The notes beneath the pieces were generated by a model. It searched no databases. It saw only the letters and a list, made by a program, of their open reading frames with translations, and had not been told where the DNA came from. Below are positions 38,292-51,330 of a stretch of DNA of 64,000 nt, piece by piece. Source of the stretch: Pristiophorus japonicus (lineage: Eukaryota). The DNA lies in NCBI RefSeq assembly GCF_044704955.1, contig NC_091990.1:27900001-27964000 (forward strand). Reading direction: 5' to 3'. Every line of letters begins with the position of its first letter. Positions within the stretch are counted from its first letter, which is position 1. The translations under genes were made by a program, and so were the position numbers.

Positions 38292-39885
38292 GTTATCATT
38301 GAAAAGTGATTGTGGCCAAAAATGTGGACTTGACTGAGAAGCAACCAGACAGATGGTACAGCTGGTATTTATTTAAAAAAAGATTAAATGGGCTGAAGGG
38401 CTGCCTTGGTCAGGTTGTATTTTATGAATAGATTCAATGTGTTCAATACTGCAAAGCAGTAATCGACAAAACAAAACAGAAGTACAGGTTTGGGAAAGTT
38501 GTGCATGAACAATACAGTTCCCTGTCTAGACTATACCTTGAATGCTGTGCTTAGTCTGGTTACTGAGACAAAGGGAAACATTCAAGTTCTGGAAGCAGTT
38601 CAGAGCAAGACAGCTCTTTAGTATCAGAGGATTAAGTTATGGAGAAAGACTGGAGAAATATGGGCATTTCAACATTGGGGGGGGGGGGGGGGAGAAAGGC
38701 AACGGAGATTTGACCTTGTAGAGGTATATGATGGTAAATGATAAATCCAGAACACTACTACAGACTAAACTGTAACAGGATTAGATTCAAGCTAGCACGA
38801 TGTAATGCAGGACAGATGTAAACTTTTCCATTTTTGGGCACAGGAGTGCAAGCAACAGAGAATTGGAGTCATTTAAGGAACATTGGATGCTGTGATTAGA
38901 CTAGTGTTCTGGATGGAGAGCCAAATGGTCTTGCCTATCTTGTGATTCAACTAGGGTGAATGGGCATGGCTTTAACTTCTGTGATGACTTATGTCTTGGG
39001 GTATTGCTTTGTGTCTTTAAAATGTTGGTATTCTATGATTCATTACAGTGCAAGAGACGACAATTTGGCCCATCATGCCTACATCAGTTCACTGAAGAAT
39101 CTATTCACTTAATCCCGTTCCCCTGCCCAGTCCCTATAATTTGTTTTCTTCAAATGTTCATCCATTTCCCTTTAAAAGTTATGGATTCTCCTATCTCTAT
39201 TTCTGGTCGAGTACTCCATATGCTAACCATGCTCTGTTTATATATTAAATTCTCCAAACAGCTTTGTTCTTTTGGTGGTGATCTTGTCTGTGTGCCCACT
39301 AGTTACTTGACTTACTGACCAGTGGAATTCGTTTTTCTTACTTTACTGTTTCAATGCCCCTCAATTTTGAACATCTCTCGGATCTCTTAGTCTTTTTTGC
39401 TCTAATGAAAGATGCTTCGGACTTTATAGACTTTACTCATAATTAAAGTCTCATCCCTAGTATTAACTTAGTAAATCTCTTTTCTACACCCTATCTATGC
39501 TCTTGACATTTTACTTAAAGGCACCCAAAACTGGACACAAGGTTTTAACCAATGATTTGTATAGGGTTAGCATTTCATCTGTTAGTTTCTATGCCCCTAT
39601 TATAAATGTGCCCAAAAGCTTTTTTAATGGCTTTATCAACTTCTCCTCCCACTTCTATATTTGAATATCTGAACCCCGAAGTCTGTTCCTTCCTCTTAAA
39701 GTCTATCAGGCATCGATCAAGCTAAACTGTCTACTTAAGATTACTAATGATCCTCTTTCAGTTAACCATGCTCCCTACTTTAGTGTTATCTGAAAATTTT
39801 GATTTTGTTCCCCCATACCCAAGTCCAGATCATTTATGTTTATTGAGAAGAGCAATGACCTTTTTTGGGGGGGGTACCACAGTTT

Positions 39886-40160
39886 AGAACATAATAGGAA
39901 CAGGAGTAGGCCATACAGCCCCTCGTGCCTGCTCCTCCATTCAATAAGATCATGGCTGATCATCGACCAACTCCCCTTTCCCACCCGTCTCCATATCCAT
40001 TGATTCCTCTGGACTCCAAAAATATCCCTCTCGCAACCTTGAACGTCTTCAGAGACTCAGAATCCAAAGCCCTCTGGGGCAGAAAATTCCAAAGATTCAC
40101 AACCCTCTGACATTCCAGCCAGGGGAATCAACCTCTCTGCATCTACCCAGTCAAGCCCTT
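39886..40160 (-). mobile_element. CR1 3' fragment nested in an older CR1 remnant (about 39030-40320)
   Basis: agaacataataggaacaggagtaggccat is the reverse CR1 tail. Confidence 0.75.
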
Positions 40161-40369
40161 GCTTCTTTCCAATCTGAAAAACCTTCATTAACTGTTTTCT
40201 ATCCTTTAACCCACACTGCTACATACCTTTTTTTAATACTGTGACTTAATTTTATCAACAAGCTTCTTATGAGGCACCTTATCAAATGCCTTTTTGAAAA
40301 TCCATACACACAGCATCTACAGCAATATCACTTTCAATACACTTTGGCCCAGAATTTGCAGTGGGTAAT

Positions 40370-40630
40370 CATCATAGGCGGTTCCTCGAATGCGGATGAC
40401 CTGCTTCCACGAGTTCACAGATGTTTCAATGAAGGACCCGATGTTGCATTCCTGAACTCCAATTGAAGGGGTGGATTTTTTTAACGTGTGGTGGCCGTTG
40501 GACATCAGCCACCACATGGGCTTGACACAGCTAGGCCTTTATCCAGTGGCAAGGGTTAATTAGGACAACTGGAGACCTGCTCTGCTGCACGGACCTAGTG
40601 TACACACATATCGCATTGTAGGCTGGCTCC
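40370..40630 (-). mobile_element. RTE-tailed SINE, 5'-truncated
   Basis: catcataggc tail, with a body matching 13730-13979 and 15951-16166. Confidence 0.85.
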
Positions 40631-41044
40631 TGGACTTTTCTGGTCCTAACCTGGCGACTAATTTTCCAATCTGCACTGTTCCATCACAAAACAATTAGAC
40701 GCTGATTGACTGGAAGCTCCATTTACTTAACAATTGAAACTTTGTGCCCTTGAACTAACACACCTTCACTTTAGCCGAATATCTTGTGCCTTACATGGTA
40801 ACATACTCCCTGCCCATACAAAATAACGCATCATTTGGCTTACTGCACAATGGCATGCAAAATCCTCTTGCCACCAAAATGCCCTGTAGCTTATATTCAA
40901 GGTTCCCAGAAGCAAGTTTAATAAGGCACTCCTCAAAATGGTGAAAAGCACCACAGTTTCTTCAGAATTATTAACTAAAAACATGATTGAATCTAAAGCA
41001 TAAAACAATTATTTTTCTACTGTGGAAAAATATTTAACAAAATC

Positions 41045-41363
41045 AAGACTACCACTGGTGAGCGCATATTTTGAAACCATAGCTATATTGTTCGTCTATA
41101 TAAAAAAAAATTCTGTCAGGTCACTGTGCTTCATCAGGTCAGATCATCTCCCACTGGAAGAATTGCACAAGGCATAACTGTTCTGTCTGTATCCCTTTGA
41201 CACATGCTGGGGACAAGAGAAGCCAGCAATGTAAGTCTACCTGCCTTCAAAGCCTGCAAAAAGAATGATACAAAAGGTCCACTTGGGGTTAGGTATTTTT
41301 TTTTATATAGATTTGAACAATATAGCTATGGTTTCAAAATATGCGTTTACCAGTGATAGTCTT
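41045..41363. repeat. Inverted repeat, arms about 68 bp, spacer about 180 bp
   Basis: aagactaccactggtgagcgcatattttgaaaccatagctatattgttc (41045-41093) is the reverse complement of 41315-41363 with 3 mismatches, and pairing extends into the A/T tracts. Confidence 0.9.
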
Positions 41364-42419
41364 GCGGTGGGTAATAACAGCGAACGAACAGTGTTACTAC
41401 CCCTTTAAAACTGACTGCAGCATCAGGATATAGTGCATGTGCATCCTAACACGGAAATCCTGAAGTTGCGGTCATCATTCACTGCTTTGCTTTGACACTG
41501 GCTGTGCAGTGCATCCTCATCCCTACCCCCCATAACAGGCAATCAATGAAATCAGTAAAACTGACAAACTTGGGCTTTTCCGCAGTAATGTCGCTGTTAA
41601 AAGTTAGATCTTGTTGGATTAGGTGTAACTGGGATTTTAACAGCATATTGACTGCTAAGCCAAAAGGTTTTGGACCTGAAAAACTAATTTTAATTTTGTG
41701 GAGTGTCAAATTTCTCCATTATAATAGTTACAATTTGAAGGAAACCTAAAATGTTTTTAAGGTTTGTTTGTATTTATTTCAGATGTATCTTTTCCCCATG
41801 TGAGAGCCCCAATATTTGTTTTGCTCTCTCAACATTTTTTTAAAGTCAGAATAAAAGCAGCAACTTCACCTCCTGCTTCCCTGTTTGAGAATTCTGCATT
41901 GTAATTGGCTGCATAGGCAGCTTGTTGCCATCACTGGGATTCCCACTACACTGATCTCAATTGCACATCGAAAAAGGCAAACTTTTCGCCATAGAGATCG
42001 TGAGATCTTTGTAAGCAACTTTTTTGGGGGCCAGCATCAAATGCCTTGGCTTTGCTGCTGACTGCAAATTCCAAGCCTTTAATTCCATCAAGAGCTCCAT
42101 TGGGTTCTTCATACATGACTTGCCTTTTACAAATCCATATTTGCTGTCCTTAATTATCCTATGTCTCTAGGATAGTATTAGGTTTAACCTGTATTATGGC
42201 CTCAAGAAGCTTACCCACTAATGTTAGGCTGATTGGTCTGTAAGTTATCTGATTTAATAGACAGATCAATCTTGCAGTATGCAATTTTTAAAAAATTTTG
42301 CTTGCACTATGAAAGCTAGTTTTAATGGTTTACTTACTGACAGCGGCTATTGCTGTATTTGGATAGAATATTTAGTGGTCTTTTTGGGAAGAAGGCTCAC
42401 TTGCTTTATCAGGTATATT

Positions 42420-44015
42420 ATTTTAGGGAAATTGTGTTGGGGAAATTGATGGGATTGAAGGCCGATAAATCCCCGGGGCCTGATAGTCTGCATCCCAGAG
42501 TACTTAAGGAAGTAGCCCTAGAAATAGTGGATGCATTGGTGATCATTTATCGACTCTGGACTGGAGGGTAGCTAATGTAACACCACTTTTTGAAAGGGGA
42601 GGGAGAGGGAAAGCGGGTAATTATAGACCGGTTAGCCTGACATCAGTAATGGGGAAAATGTTGGAATCAATTATTCAGGATGAAATAGCAGCGCATTTGG
42701 AAAGCAGTGACAGGATCGGTCCAAGTCAGCATGGCTTTATGAAGGGGAAATCATGCTTGACAAATATTCTGGAATTCTTTGAGGATGTAACTAGTAGAGT
42801 GGACAAGGGAGAACCAGTGGATGTGTTGTATTTGGACTTTCAAAAGGCTTTTGACAAGGTCCCACACAAGAGATTGGTGTGCAGAATCAAAGCACATGGT
42901 ATTGGGGGTAATATATTGACGTGGATAGAGAACTGGTTGGCAGACAGGAAGCAGAGAGTCGGGATAAACGGGTCCTTTTCAGAATGGCAGGCAGTGACTA
43001 GTGGAGTGCCGTAGGGCTCAGTGCTGGGACCCCAGCTCTTTACAATGTACATCAATGATTTGGATGAAGGAATTGAGTGTAATATCTCCAAGTTTGCAGA
43101 CGACACTAAACTGGGTGGCGGTGTGAGCTGTGAAGGGGACACTAGGAGGCTGCAGGTTGACTTGGACAGGTTAGGTGAGTGGGCAAATGCATGGCAGATG
43201 CAGTATAATGTGGATAAATGTGAGGTTATCCACTTTGGGGGCAAAAACGCGAAGACAGAATATTATCTGAATGGTGGCAGATTAGGAAAAGGGGAGGAGC
43301 AACGAGACCTGGGTGTCATGGTTCATCAGTCATTGAAAGTTGGCATACAGGTACAACAGGCGGTGAAGAAGGCAAATGGTATGTTGGTCTTCATAGCTAG
43401 GGGATTTGAGTATAGGAGCAGGGAGGTCTTACTGCAGTTGTACAGGGCCTTAGTGAGGCCTCACCTGGAATATTGTGTTCATTTTTTGGTCTTCTAATCT
43501 GAGGAAGGATGTTCTTGCTATTGAGGGAGTGCAGCGAAGGTTCACCAGACTGATTCCCGGGATGGCTGGACTGACATATGAGGAGAGACTGGATCAACTG
43601 GGCCTTTATACATTGGAGTTTAGAAGGATGAGAGGGGATCTCATAGAAACATATAAGATCCTGACGGGACGAGACAGGTTAGATGCGGGTTGAATGTTCC
43701 CGATGTTGGGGAAGTCCAGAACCAGGCATACAGTCTTGGGATAAGGGGTAGGCCATTTAGGACTGAGATGAGGAGAAACTTTTTCATTTAGAGTTGTTAA
43801 CCTGTGGAATTCCCTGCCGCAGAGAGTTGTTGATGCCAGTTCATTGGATATATTCAAGAGGGAGTTAGATATGGCCCTTACGGCTAAGGAGATCAAGGGG
43901 TATGGAGAGGGGCAGGAAAGGGGTACTGAGGGAATGATCAGCCATGATCTTATTGAATGGTGGTGCAGGCTCGAAGGGCCGAATGGCTTACTCCTGCACC
44001 TATTTTCTATGTTTT
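42420..44015 (+). mobile_element. CR1 LINE, 5'-truncated
   Basis: KSPGPD, YLDFQKAFDKVPH and ISKFADDTKL motifs, with stops and frameshifts. Same subfamily as 35654-37430 and 61130-62283. Confidence 0.96.
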
Positions 44016-44406
44016 ATTCCTTCTCAGTATGAGGGTGCTGCTGGCAAGGCTAGCAGTTATTGCCCATCTGTAGTTGTCTTGAAAAGGTGGTGATACAACT
44101 GAGTCACTTCAGAGGGAACTGGACTTGCATATAGACCAGACCTGGTAAGGATGGGAGGTTTCTGTCCCTAAAGAGTATTCGTGAACGAGTTGGTATTTTA
44201 TGACAGATTAATTGTCACTTTTTGCTAATACAAGCTTTTAATTTCCTTTTTTTTTTAAACTGAATTAAAATTTTCCAACTGCCATGGTGGAATTGGAACT
44301 CATTCTCTAGATTACTAGTCTAGTAACATAATCACTACACTACTGTACCATAATATATAATGAATATATCTGTGGTTATGGAGTCTGACATGCTATCTTC
44401 TGTTAA

Positions 44407-45420
44407 CAACTTGCATTTATATAGTGCCTTTAATATTTTTTTAAAACTCCAATCAATGTTTCACAGAAGCATGATCAGAGAAAAATGGAAAACCGGGTCA
44501 AAGAAGTAGATATTGGAAGTAGCTAAAAGCTTGGTTAAAAAGTTTTAAGGAGGGTCTTAAAGGTGGAGTGCGAGGTGCAAAGGTACAGCGATAGAATGCC
44601 AGAGCTTGGGGCCTAGCCGACTGAAGGCACATCTGACAATGGTGGGGGAAAGGGAATGGTGGATGCACAAGGGGCCAGATTTGGAGGAATGCAGAGTTCT
44701 TGGCAGCTTGTAGGATTGGAGAAGGTTAGAGATAGAGAGGGGGATAGTCTGTGAAGGGATTGAAATACTAGGATGAGAATTTTGAATTTGAGGCTTTAGG
44801 GATTGGAAGCCACTGTAGGTCAGCAAGGAAGACAGTGATGGGTGTGTGGGATTTGGCTCTGGGATGGGATATAGACAAGAGTTTTGGATGAGCTGTAGTT
44901 GTTGGAGGATGTTAGGCTGGCCAGAAGAGCACTGGAATTGTCAAGTCTGGAGGTAATAAAAGCATGGATAAGGGTTTTGGCAGCAGATGGACTGAGGCTA
45001 AGGTGGAGACAGCTGATATGGCAGATTTGGAAGATGCAGATGGAGTGTTGGATGGGTGGTGTTGGGGCAGGGGGGTGGGGGGGGGGCGTAAGTTCAGCTT
45101 GGAGCCAAACAGGATGGTGAGGTTGCAAACAGTCTGGTTCAACCTGACGCTGTGTCTGGGAAGGGAATTGGTGCACAGGAATTGGCAGAGGCTGAAGATG
45201 ATGGCATCGGTATACCTGATGTTTAACTGGAGTAAATTTGGGCTCATCCAGGACTATGTGTCAAATAAGCAGTCTGACAACACAGAAGCATAGAGGGCGT
45301 CGAGGAATAGTTTACCTGGGTGTTGTCAGTGGGCATGTGGATGGAACCTGATTGTGGATGATTTCGCCAAGGTGTAGCATGTAAATAAGGAAGGGCCTGG
45401 GCCCAGGTCCCCAAGGGTCT
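44407..45420 (-). mobile_element. L2-type LINE 3' portion
   Basis: AKTLIHAFITSRLD motif, with the tail at about 44407. Confidence 0.85.
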
Positions 45421-45946
45421 CGGATATGTGTTGAACAGATTTCCTCTTTCCAAATATATTTTCTCTGTATAGCCTGTTGAAAAACAGTACATGCTACAAT
45501 ATCAATCTTGGTTTAAAAAAACTATATTAAAATACTTGCAAAATTAAAATATTTGACTTTAGCCATCACTGTGTGTCATTATATGAATAAAGAGTGTAAG
45601 GTTTTTCCCTGTGGATTCAGGGAAATCATTGAATTGAAAGTTGAACAAATGAGAATTTAGTGATTCACTTAATGACATTTTATGAATTACACTCTCTCAC
45701 CTACCCTGACTAGTTCAATTTTTGTAAGTAAGTCGGTTAGGTTTCATATGTGAACCTAGGCAGTGAGAAGTGGCAGGATGTTTGATTGCGAGACAGCAAA
45801 TGAAGCCCAATTCTGTTCTTAGCCATCATTCACATACACACTTTTTGGCAGAATAATGATTAGGAATAGGAGCTGGCTGATCGGTTACCCGCCCTACCCC
45901 ACAAGTGAAGAGGTCAATTGTCGCAAACCTCCTTCTACATTGGCTG

Positions 45947-46257
45947 AGAACATAAGAACATAAGAAATAGGAACAGGAGTAGGCCATACGGCCCCTCGAG
46001 CCTGCTCTGCCAATCAATAAGATCATGGCTGATCTGATCATGGACTCAGCTCCACTTCCCCACCCGCTCCCCATAACCCCTTATCGTTTATGAAACTGTC
46101 TATTTCTGTCTTAAATTTATTCAATGTCCCAGCTTCCACACTTCTCTGAGGCAGCAAATTCCACAGATTTACAATCCTCAAAGAAATTTCTCCTCATCTC
46201 TGTTTTAAATGGGCGGTCCCTTATTCTAAGATCATGCCCTCTAGTTTTAGTCTCTCC
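45947..46257 (-). mobile_element. CR1 3' end (host of the Gypsy insertion; continues at 50551-50760)
   Basis: Reverse complement of the 7704-8023 part of the CR1 at 6904-8023. Confidence 0.9.
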
Positions 46258-49200
46258 TGTTGTGTATCTGTAAAGCATGCACTCCCATATTCTGCCACCA
46301 GAGAGCGCATCCCCTGAAGTCCCAAGGGATCCCAGCATCCCTTGGGAGCACTGTATATAAGCCAGCCCCGAAGGCCTGTTACTCACTCTAGTGCCTTAAA
46401 GACTTTAACCTCCCTGTGTGCAGTCTCATCTGTGTTAGGAACACAACAACTGGTGACGAGAATACGAATCCAATGCAAAGATGCAGCAAACTGTGGGCAT
46501 CCTACAGAAGTTCTCGGAGGGTGAGGACTGGGAAGCCTACGTCGAACGGCTACACCAATACATTGTGGCCAACGAGCTGGATGGAGAAGGAAGCGCTGTA
46601 AAAAGGAGAGTGGTCCTCCTCACGGTCTGCAGGGCACCGACCTACAGCCTCATGAAGAATCTTTTGGCTCCAGTGAAACCCACAGATAAGTTGTATGAGG
46701 AGCTGTGTACACTGGTTCGGGAGCATCTTAACCCGAGGGAGAGCGTGCTGATGGCAAGGTATCGGTTCTACACGTGCCAGCGATCTGAAGGTCAGGAAGT
46801 GGCGAGCTACGTCGCCGAGCTAAGGCGACTTGCGGGACAATGTGAGTTTGATGGCTACCTGGAGCAAATGCTCAGAGACTTTTTTGTACTGGGCATTGGC
46901 CACGAGACCATCCTACGAAAACTTTTGACTGTAGAGACACCGACCCTCAGTAAGGCCATTGCGATAGCACAGGTGTTTATGTCCACCAGTGATAACACCA
47001 AACAAATCTCTCAGCACACAAGTGCTAGCAATGTTCATAAATTAACTGGAACTGTGTTTGCGAGCAGAAATGTACAGGGCAAAAACCATGAGTCTGCAAC
47101 TGCCAGCAGGCCTCAGGTGACCCAGATGACTCGGAGTCTGCAACAAAGGATGAATGCAAGGCAATTCACATCTTGTTGGTGTTGTGGAGGCTTCCATTCA
47201 GTCTATTCATGCCGCTTCAAAGGGTATGTTTACAAGAGCAGTGGAACAATGGGGCACCTCCAACGAGCTTGCAGACAAGCTGCAAGCTCTGCAAAACCTG
47301 CTAACCACCACGTGGCAGAGGAAGATCGGTCCATGGTGGATCAAAGCAATTTCAAGCCTCAGAGAGGAGGCAGATGCTGAAGTACATGGGGTGCACACAT
47401 TTTCGATGAAATGTCCACTTATAATGCTAAATGTAAAATTGAATGGCTTACCCATAGCCATGGAACTGGACACTGGCGCTAGCCAATCCATCATGAATAA
47501 AAAGATGTTTGAGAGACTGTGGTGCAACAAGGCACGCAGACCAGCCCTGAGCCCCATCCACACGAAACTGAGAATGTACACCAAAGAGCTTATCACTGTC
47601 CTGGGCAGCGCCATAGTCAAGGTCACCTACGAGGGCACTGTGCATGAACTGCCACTCTGGATTGTCCCGGGCGACGGCCCCACATTGCTTGGAAGGAGGT
47701 GGCTGGGCAAAATCCGCTTGAACTGGGATGACATCCGAGCGCTATCACATGTCGATGAGGCCTCATGTACCCAGGTTCTAAACAAATTTCCATCCCTTTT
47801 TGAGCCAGGCATTGGAAACTTTTCCGGGGTGAAGGTGCGGATCCACTTGGTCCCAGAAGCACGACCCATTCACCACAAGGCGCGAGCGCTACCTCGCATG
47901 ATGAGGGAAAGAGTGGAAATCGAGCTGGACATGCTGCAATGCGAGGGCATCATCTCCCCAGTGGAATTCAGTGAGTGGGCCAGCCCGATTGTTCCAGTAC
48001 TGAAAAGTGATGGCATGGTCAGGATTTGTGGCGATTATAAAGTAACTATTAATCATTTCTCGCTACAGGACCAATACCCGCTACCTAAGGTCGATGACCT
48101 ATTTGTGACGCTGGCAGGAGGCAAGACGTTCACCAAGCTCGACCTGACTTCAGCCTACATGACGCAGAAGCTGGAGGAGTCTTCGAAGGGCCTCACCTGC
48201 ATCAACACACACAAGGGACTGTTCATCTGCAACAGATGCCCGTTTGGAATTCGGTCGGCTGCAGTGATCTTCCAGAGAAACATGGAGAGCCTACTCAAGT
48301 CGGTACCACGCACGGTGGTTTTTCAGGACGACACCTACAAAACCTGGAGGAGGTCCTCCAGCGACTGGATCATGTAGGGCTGCGGCTTAAGAGGTCGAAA
48401 TGCGTCTTCATGGCAACAGAAGTAGTTTTTGGGGAGAAAGATCGCGGCGGACGGCATTCGGCCCACAGACGCCAAGACAGAGGCTATCAGGAACGCGCCC
48501 AGACCACAGAACATCATGGAGCCGCAGTCGTTCCTGGGACTCAACTATTTTGGTAACTTCCTACCGGAGTTAAGCACCCTCTTAGAGCCCCTACATATGT
48601 TATTGCGTAAAGGTGAGAACTGGGTATGGGAAAAAAACCAAGTAATTGCTTTTGAGAAAGCCAGAAACATTTTATGCTCCAACAAGCTGCTTGTATTGTA
48701 CAACCCGTGTAAAAGATTTGTGCTAGCATGTGATGCATCGTCGTACGGCGTCTGGTGTGTATTACAACAAGCTAACATTGCGGGGAAGTTGCAACCTGTC
48801 ACCTATGCCTCCAGGAGCTTGTATAAGGCCGAGAGGGCCTACAGCATGATTGAGAAAGAGGCATTAGCGTGTGTGTTTTCGGGGTAAAGAAAATGCATCA
48901 GTACCTGTTTGGCCTCAAATTTGAGCTGGAAACCGATCACAAACCCCTCATATCCCTGTTCGCTGAAAACAAGGGGAAAAATACTAATGCCTCAGCCCGC
49001 ATACAAAGGTGGGCACTTGTGCCAGCGTATAACTATACCATCCGCCACAGGCCAGGCACCGAGAACTGTGCGGATGCTCTGTCGGCTACCATTGCCCACC
49101 ATGGGGGTGGAAATGGCGCAGCCTGCAAACTTGTTGATGGTGGTGCAGCCTGCAGACTTGTTTTTGGTCATGGAAGCATTTGAAAATGATAAATCACCTG

Positions 49201-50550
49201 TTATGGCCCGCCAGATTAGGACTTGGACCAGCCAAGATCCTCTGCTGTCCCTAGTAAAAAACTGTGTACTGCATGGGAGCTGGGCCAGCATCCCTGTTGA
49301 AATGCAAGAGCTAATCAAGCCGTTCCAGCTGTGAAAGGACGAGCTGTCCATTCAGGCAGACTGCCTGTTGTGGGGTAACCGCGTAGTGCTACCCAAAAAG
49401 GGCAGGGAGACATTCATCTCGGATCTCCACAGTACACACCCGGGTATGATGAAAGCGATAACCAGATCCCACCTGTGGTGGCCCGGTATCAACTTTGACT
49501 TAGAGTCCCGTGTACGGCAATGCAGCATGTGTACTCAGTTGAGCAACGCGCCCAGAGAGGCACCACTAAGTTTGTGGTCCTGACCCTCCAGACCATGGTC
49601 GAGGATCCATGTTGACTATGCAGGCCCGTTTCTCGGTAAAATGTTCCTGGTGGTGGTGGATGCTTTTTCAAAATGGACTGAATGTGAAATAATGTCGGGA
49701 AGCACCGTCACCACCACCATTGAAAGCCTGCGGGCCATGTTTGCCACCCACAGCCTGCCTGACATACTGGTCAGTGACAACGGGCCATGTTTCACCAGTG
49801 CCGAATTTAAAGAATTCATGACGCGCAATGGGATCAAACATGTCACCTCGGCCCCGTTTAAACCAGCCTCCAATGGGCAGGCAGAGCGGGCAGTACAAAC
49901 AATCAAACAGAGCCTCAAACAAGTCACAGAAGGCTCACTCCAAACCCGCCTGTCCCGAGTACTGCTCAGCTACCGCACGAGACTCCACTTGCTCACGGGT
50001 GCGCCCGGCTGAGCTACTCATGAAAAGGACACTTAAAACCAGACTCTCGCTGGTTCACCCCAACCTGCATGATCAGGTAGAGAGCAGGCGGCAGCAACAA
50101 AATGTAAACGATGGTCACGCCACTGTGTCACGGGAAATTGATCTGAATGACCCTGTGTATGTGCTAAACTATGGACATGGTCCCAACTGGATCGTGGGCA
50201 TGGTGATAGCTAAAGAAGGGAGTAGGGTGTTTGTAGTCAAACTAGACAATGGACAAATTTGCAGAAAGCACCTGGACCAAACGAGGCTGCGGTTCACAGA
50301 CTGCCCTGAACAACCCACAGCAGACACCACCTTTTTCGAGCCCACAACACACACCCAAAGGATCAATGACACTACCCCGGACCAGGAAATCAAATCCATC
50401 ATGCCCAACAGCCCAGCAAGGCCAGGCTCACGCAGCAGCCCTGCAGGGCCAACAACAAGCCAGCCCAGCGAAAGCACAGCCAACACACCAGAACAGACAT
50501 TTGTACCGAGGCGGTCCACCAGGGAAAGAAAGGCTCCCGACCACCTCACC
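46258..50550 (+). mobile_element. Ty3/Gypsy LTR retrotransposon, decayed, 3' LTR missing
   Basis: 5' LTR 46258-46448 (TGTTGTGT...ACACAACA), PBS-like TGGTGACGAG, gag 46481-47380. The pol region has protease MELDTGA, RT VFQDD, RNase H LACDASSYG and integrase HPG/CxxC plus D-D-E (VDAFSKW, SDNG, QAER), in Gypsy order and with many frameshifts. Confidence 0.96.
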
Positions 50551-50912
50551 TTTGGCCTTCCTGATCACTTCCTGTAACTGCATACTATCCTTTTGCGTTT
50601 CATGCACAAATACCCCCAGGTCCCGCTGTACTGCGGCACTTTGTAATCTTTCTCTATTTAAATAATAAATTGCTATTTGATTTTTTTTCTCACACTTTCC
50701 AACATTATATTGCATCTGCCAAATTTTTGCCCACTCACTTAGCCTATGTCCTTTTGCAGGATCAAACCCTAGGCATCTTGTTTGTCTCAGTTCCACACTT
50801 GTTTGCAAGTTTACCAACTGAGCTATGGGGATGGAAGTGCTCCCACAGCAATTTATAATGTTGATTGAGCATCTCTGCACAAAAAAAACACCTGCTGCAT
50901 CACAACAGTACA

Positions 50913-51330
50913 TTCAACTAAAAAGGAGGCCTTGAAAATGTCTGGAGTGTCACCCAGGTCGGGTGGCACCGTTTATTGTTTTTATGTTTTCACAGGTGAA
51001 CTCAAAAGAGTTTCAACTAAAAAGGAAAAAAAAGGGCCTTGTAAATGTCTGGTGTGTCACCCAGGTCGGGTGGCACCGTTTAATGTTTTATGTTTTGCAG
51101 GTGAACTCCAAAAAGAGTTTCAACTAAAAAGGAAAAAAAAGGGCCTTGTAAATGTCTGGTGTGTCACCCAGGTCGGGTGGCACCGTTTAATGTTTTATGT
51201 TTTACAGATAAACTCTAAAAGAGTTTCAACTACACTTCAGGCCTTGTAAATGTCTGGCGTGTCATCCAGGTCGGGGGGCACGGATTAATGTTTATGTTTT
51301 TCAGGTAAACTCCAAAAGAGTTTCAACTAC
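50913..51330. repeat. Tandem array, about 100-108-bp unit, about 4 copies
   Basis: Repeated ggccttgtaaatgtctggtgtgtcacccaggtcgggtggcaccgtttaatgttttatgttttgcaggtgaactccaaaaagagtttcaacta. Confidence 0.92.

Larger units (their letters stand above)
40346..42077. mobile_element. MITE-like element split by a 992-bp insertion (40370-41361)
   Basis: Imperfect TIRs GGCCCAGAATTTGCAGT / ACTGCAAATTCCAAGCC. A 14-bp direct repeat flanks the insertion. Confidence 0.65.

Noticed and set aside
38677-38692. Long G homopolymers (also near 16821, 33906 and 58593) as G-quadruplex elements
   Set aside because: Most lie within decayed repeats, and homopolymer length is error-prone in assemblies.
35654-44015. Inverted pair of similar CR1 copies as a large hairpin or composite element
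   Set aside because: Independent insertions of an abundant subfamily in intergenic DNA, with no shared TSD.
46481-47380. Open 299-aa gag as a possible domesticated gene
   Set aside because: The zinc knuckles are partly degenerate and the ORF sits in an otherwise ordinary decaying Gypsy copy. Openness is explained by recent insertion.
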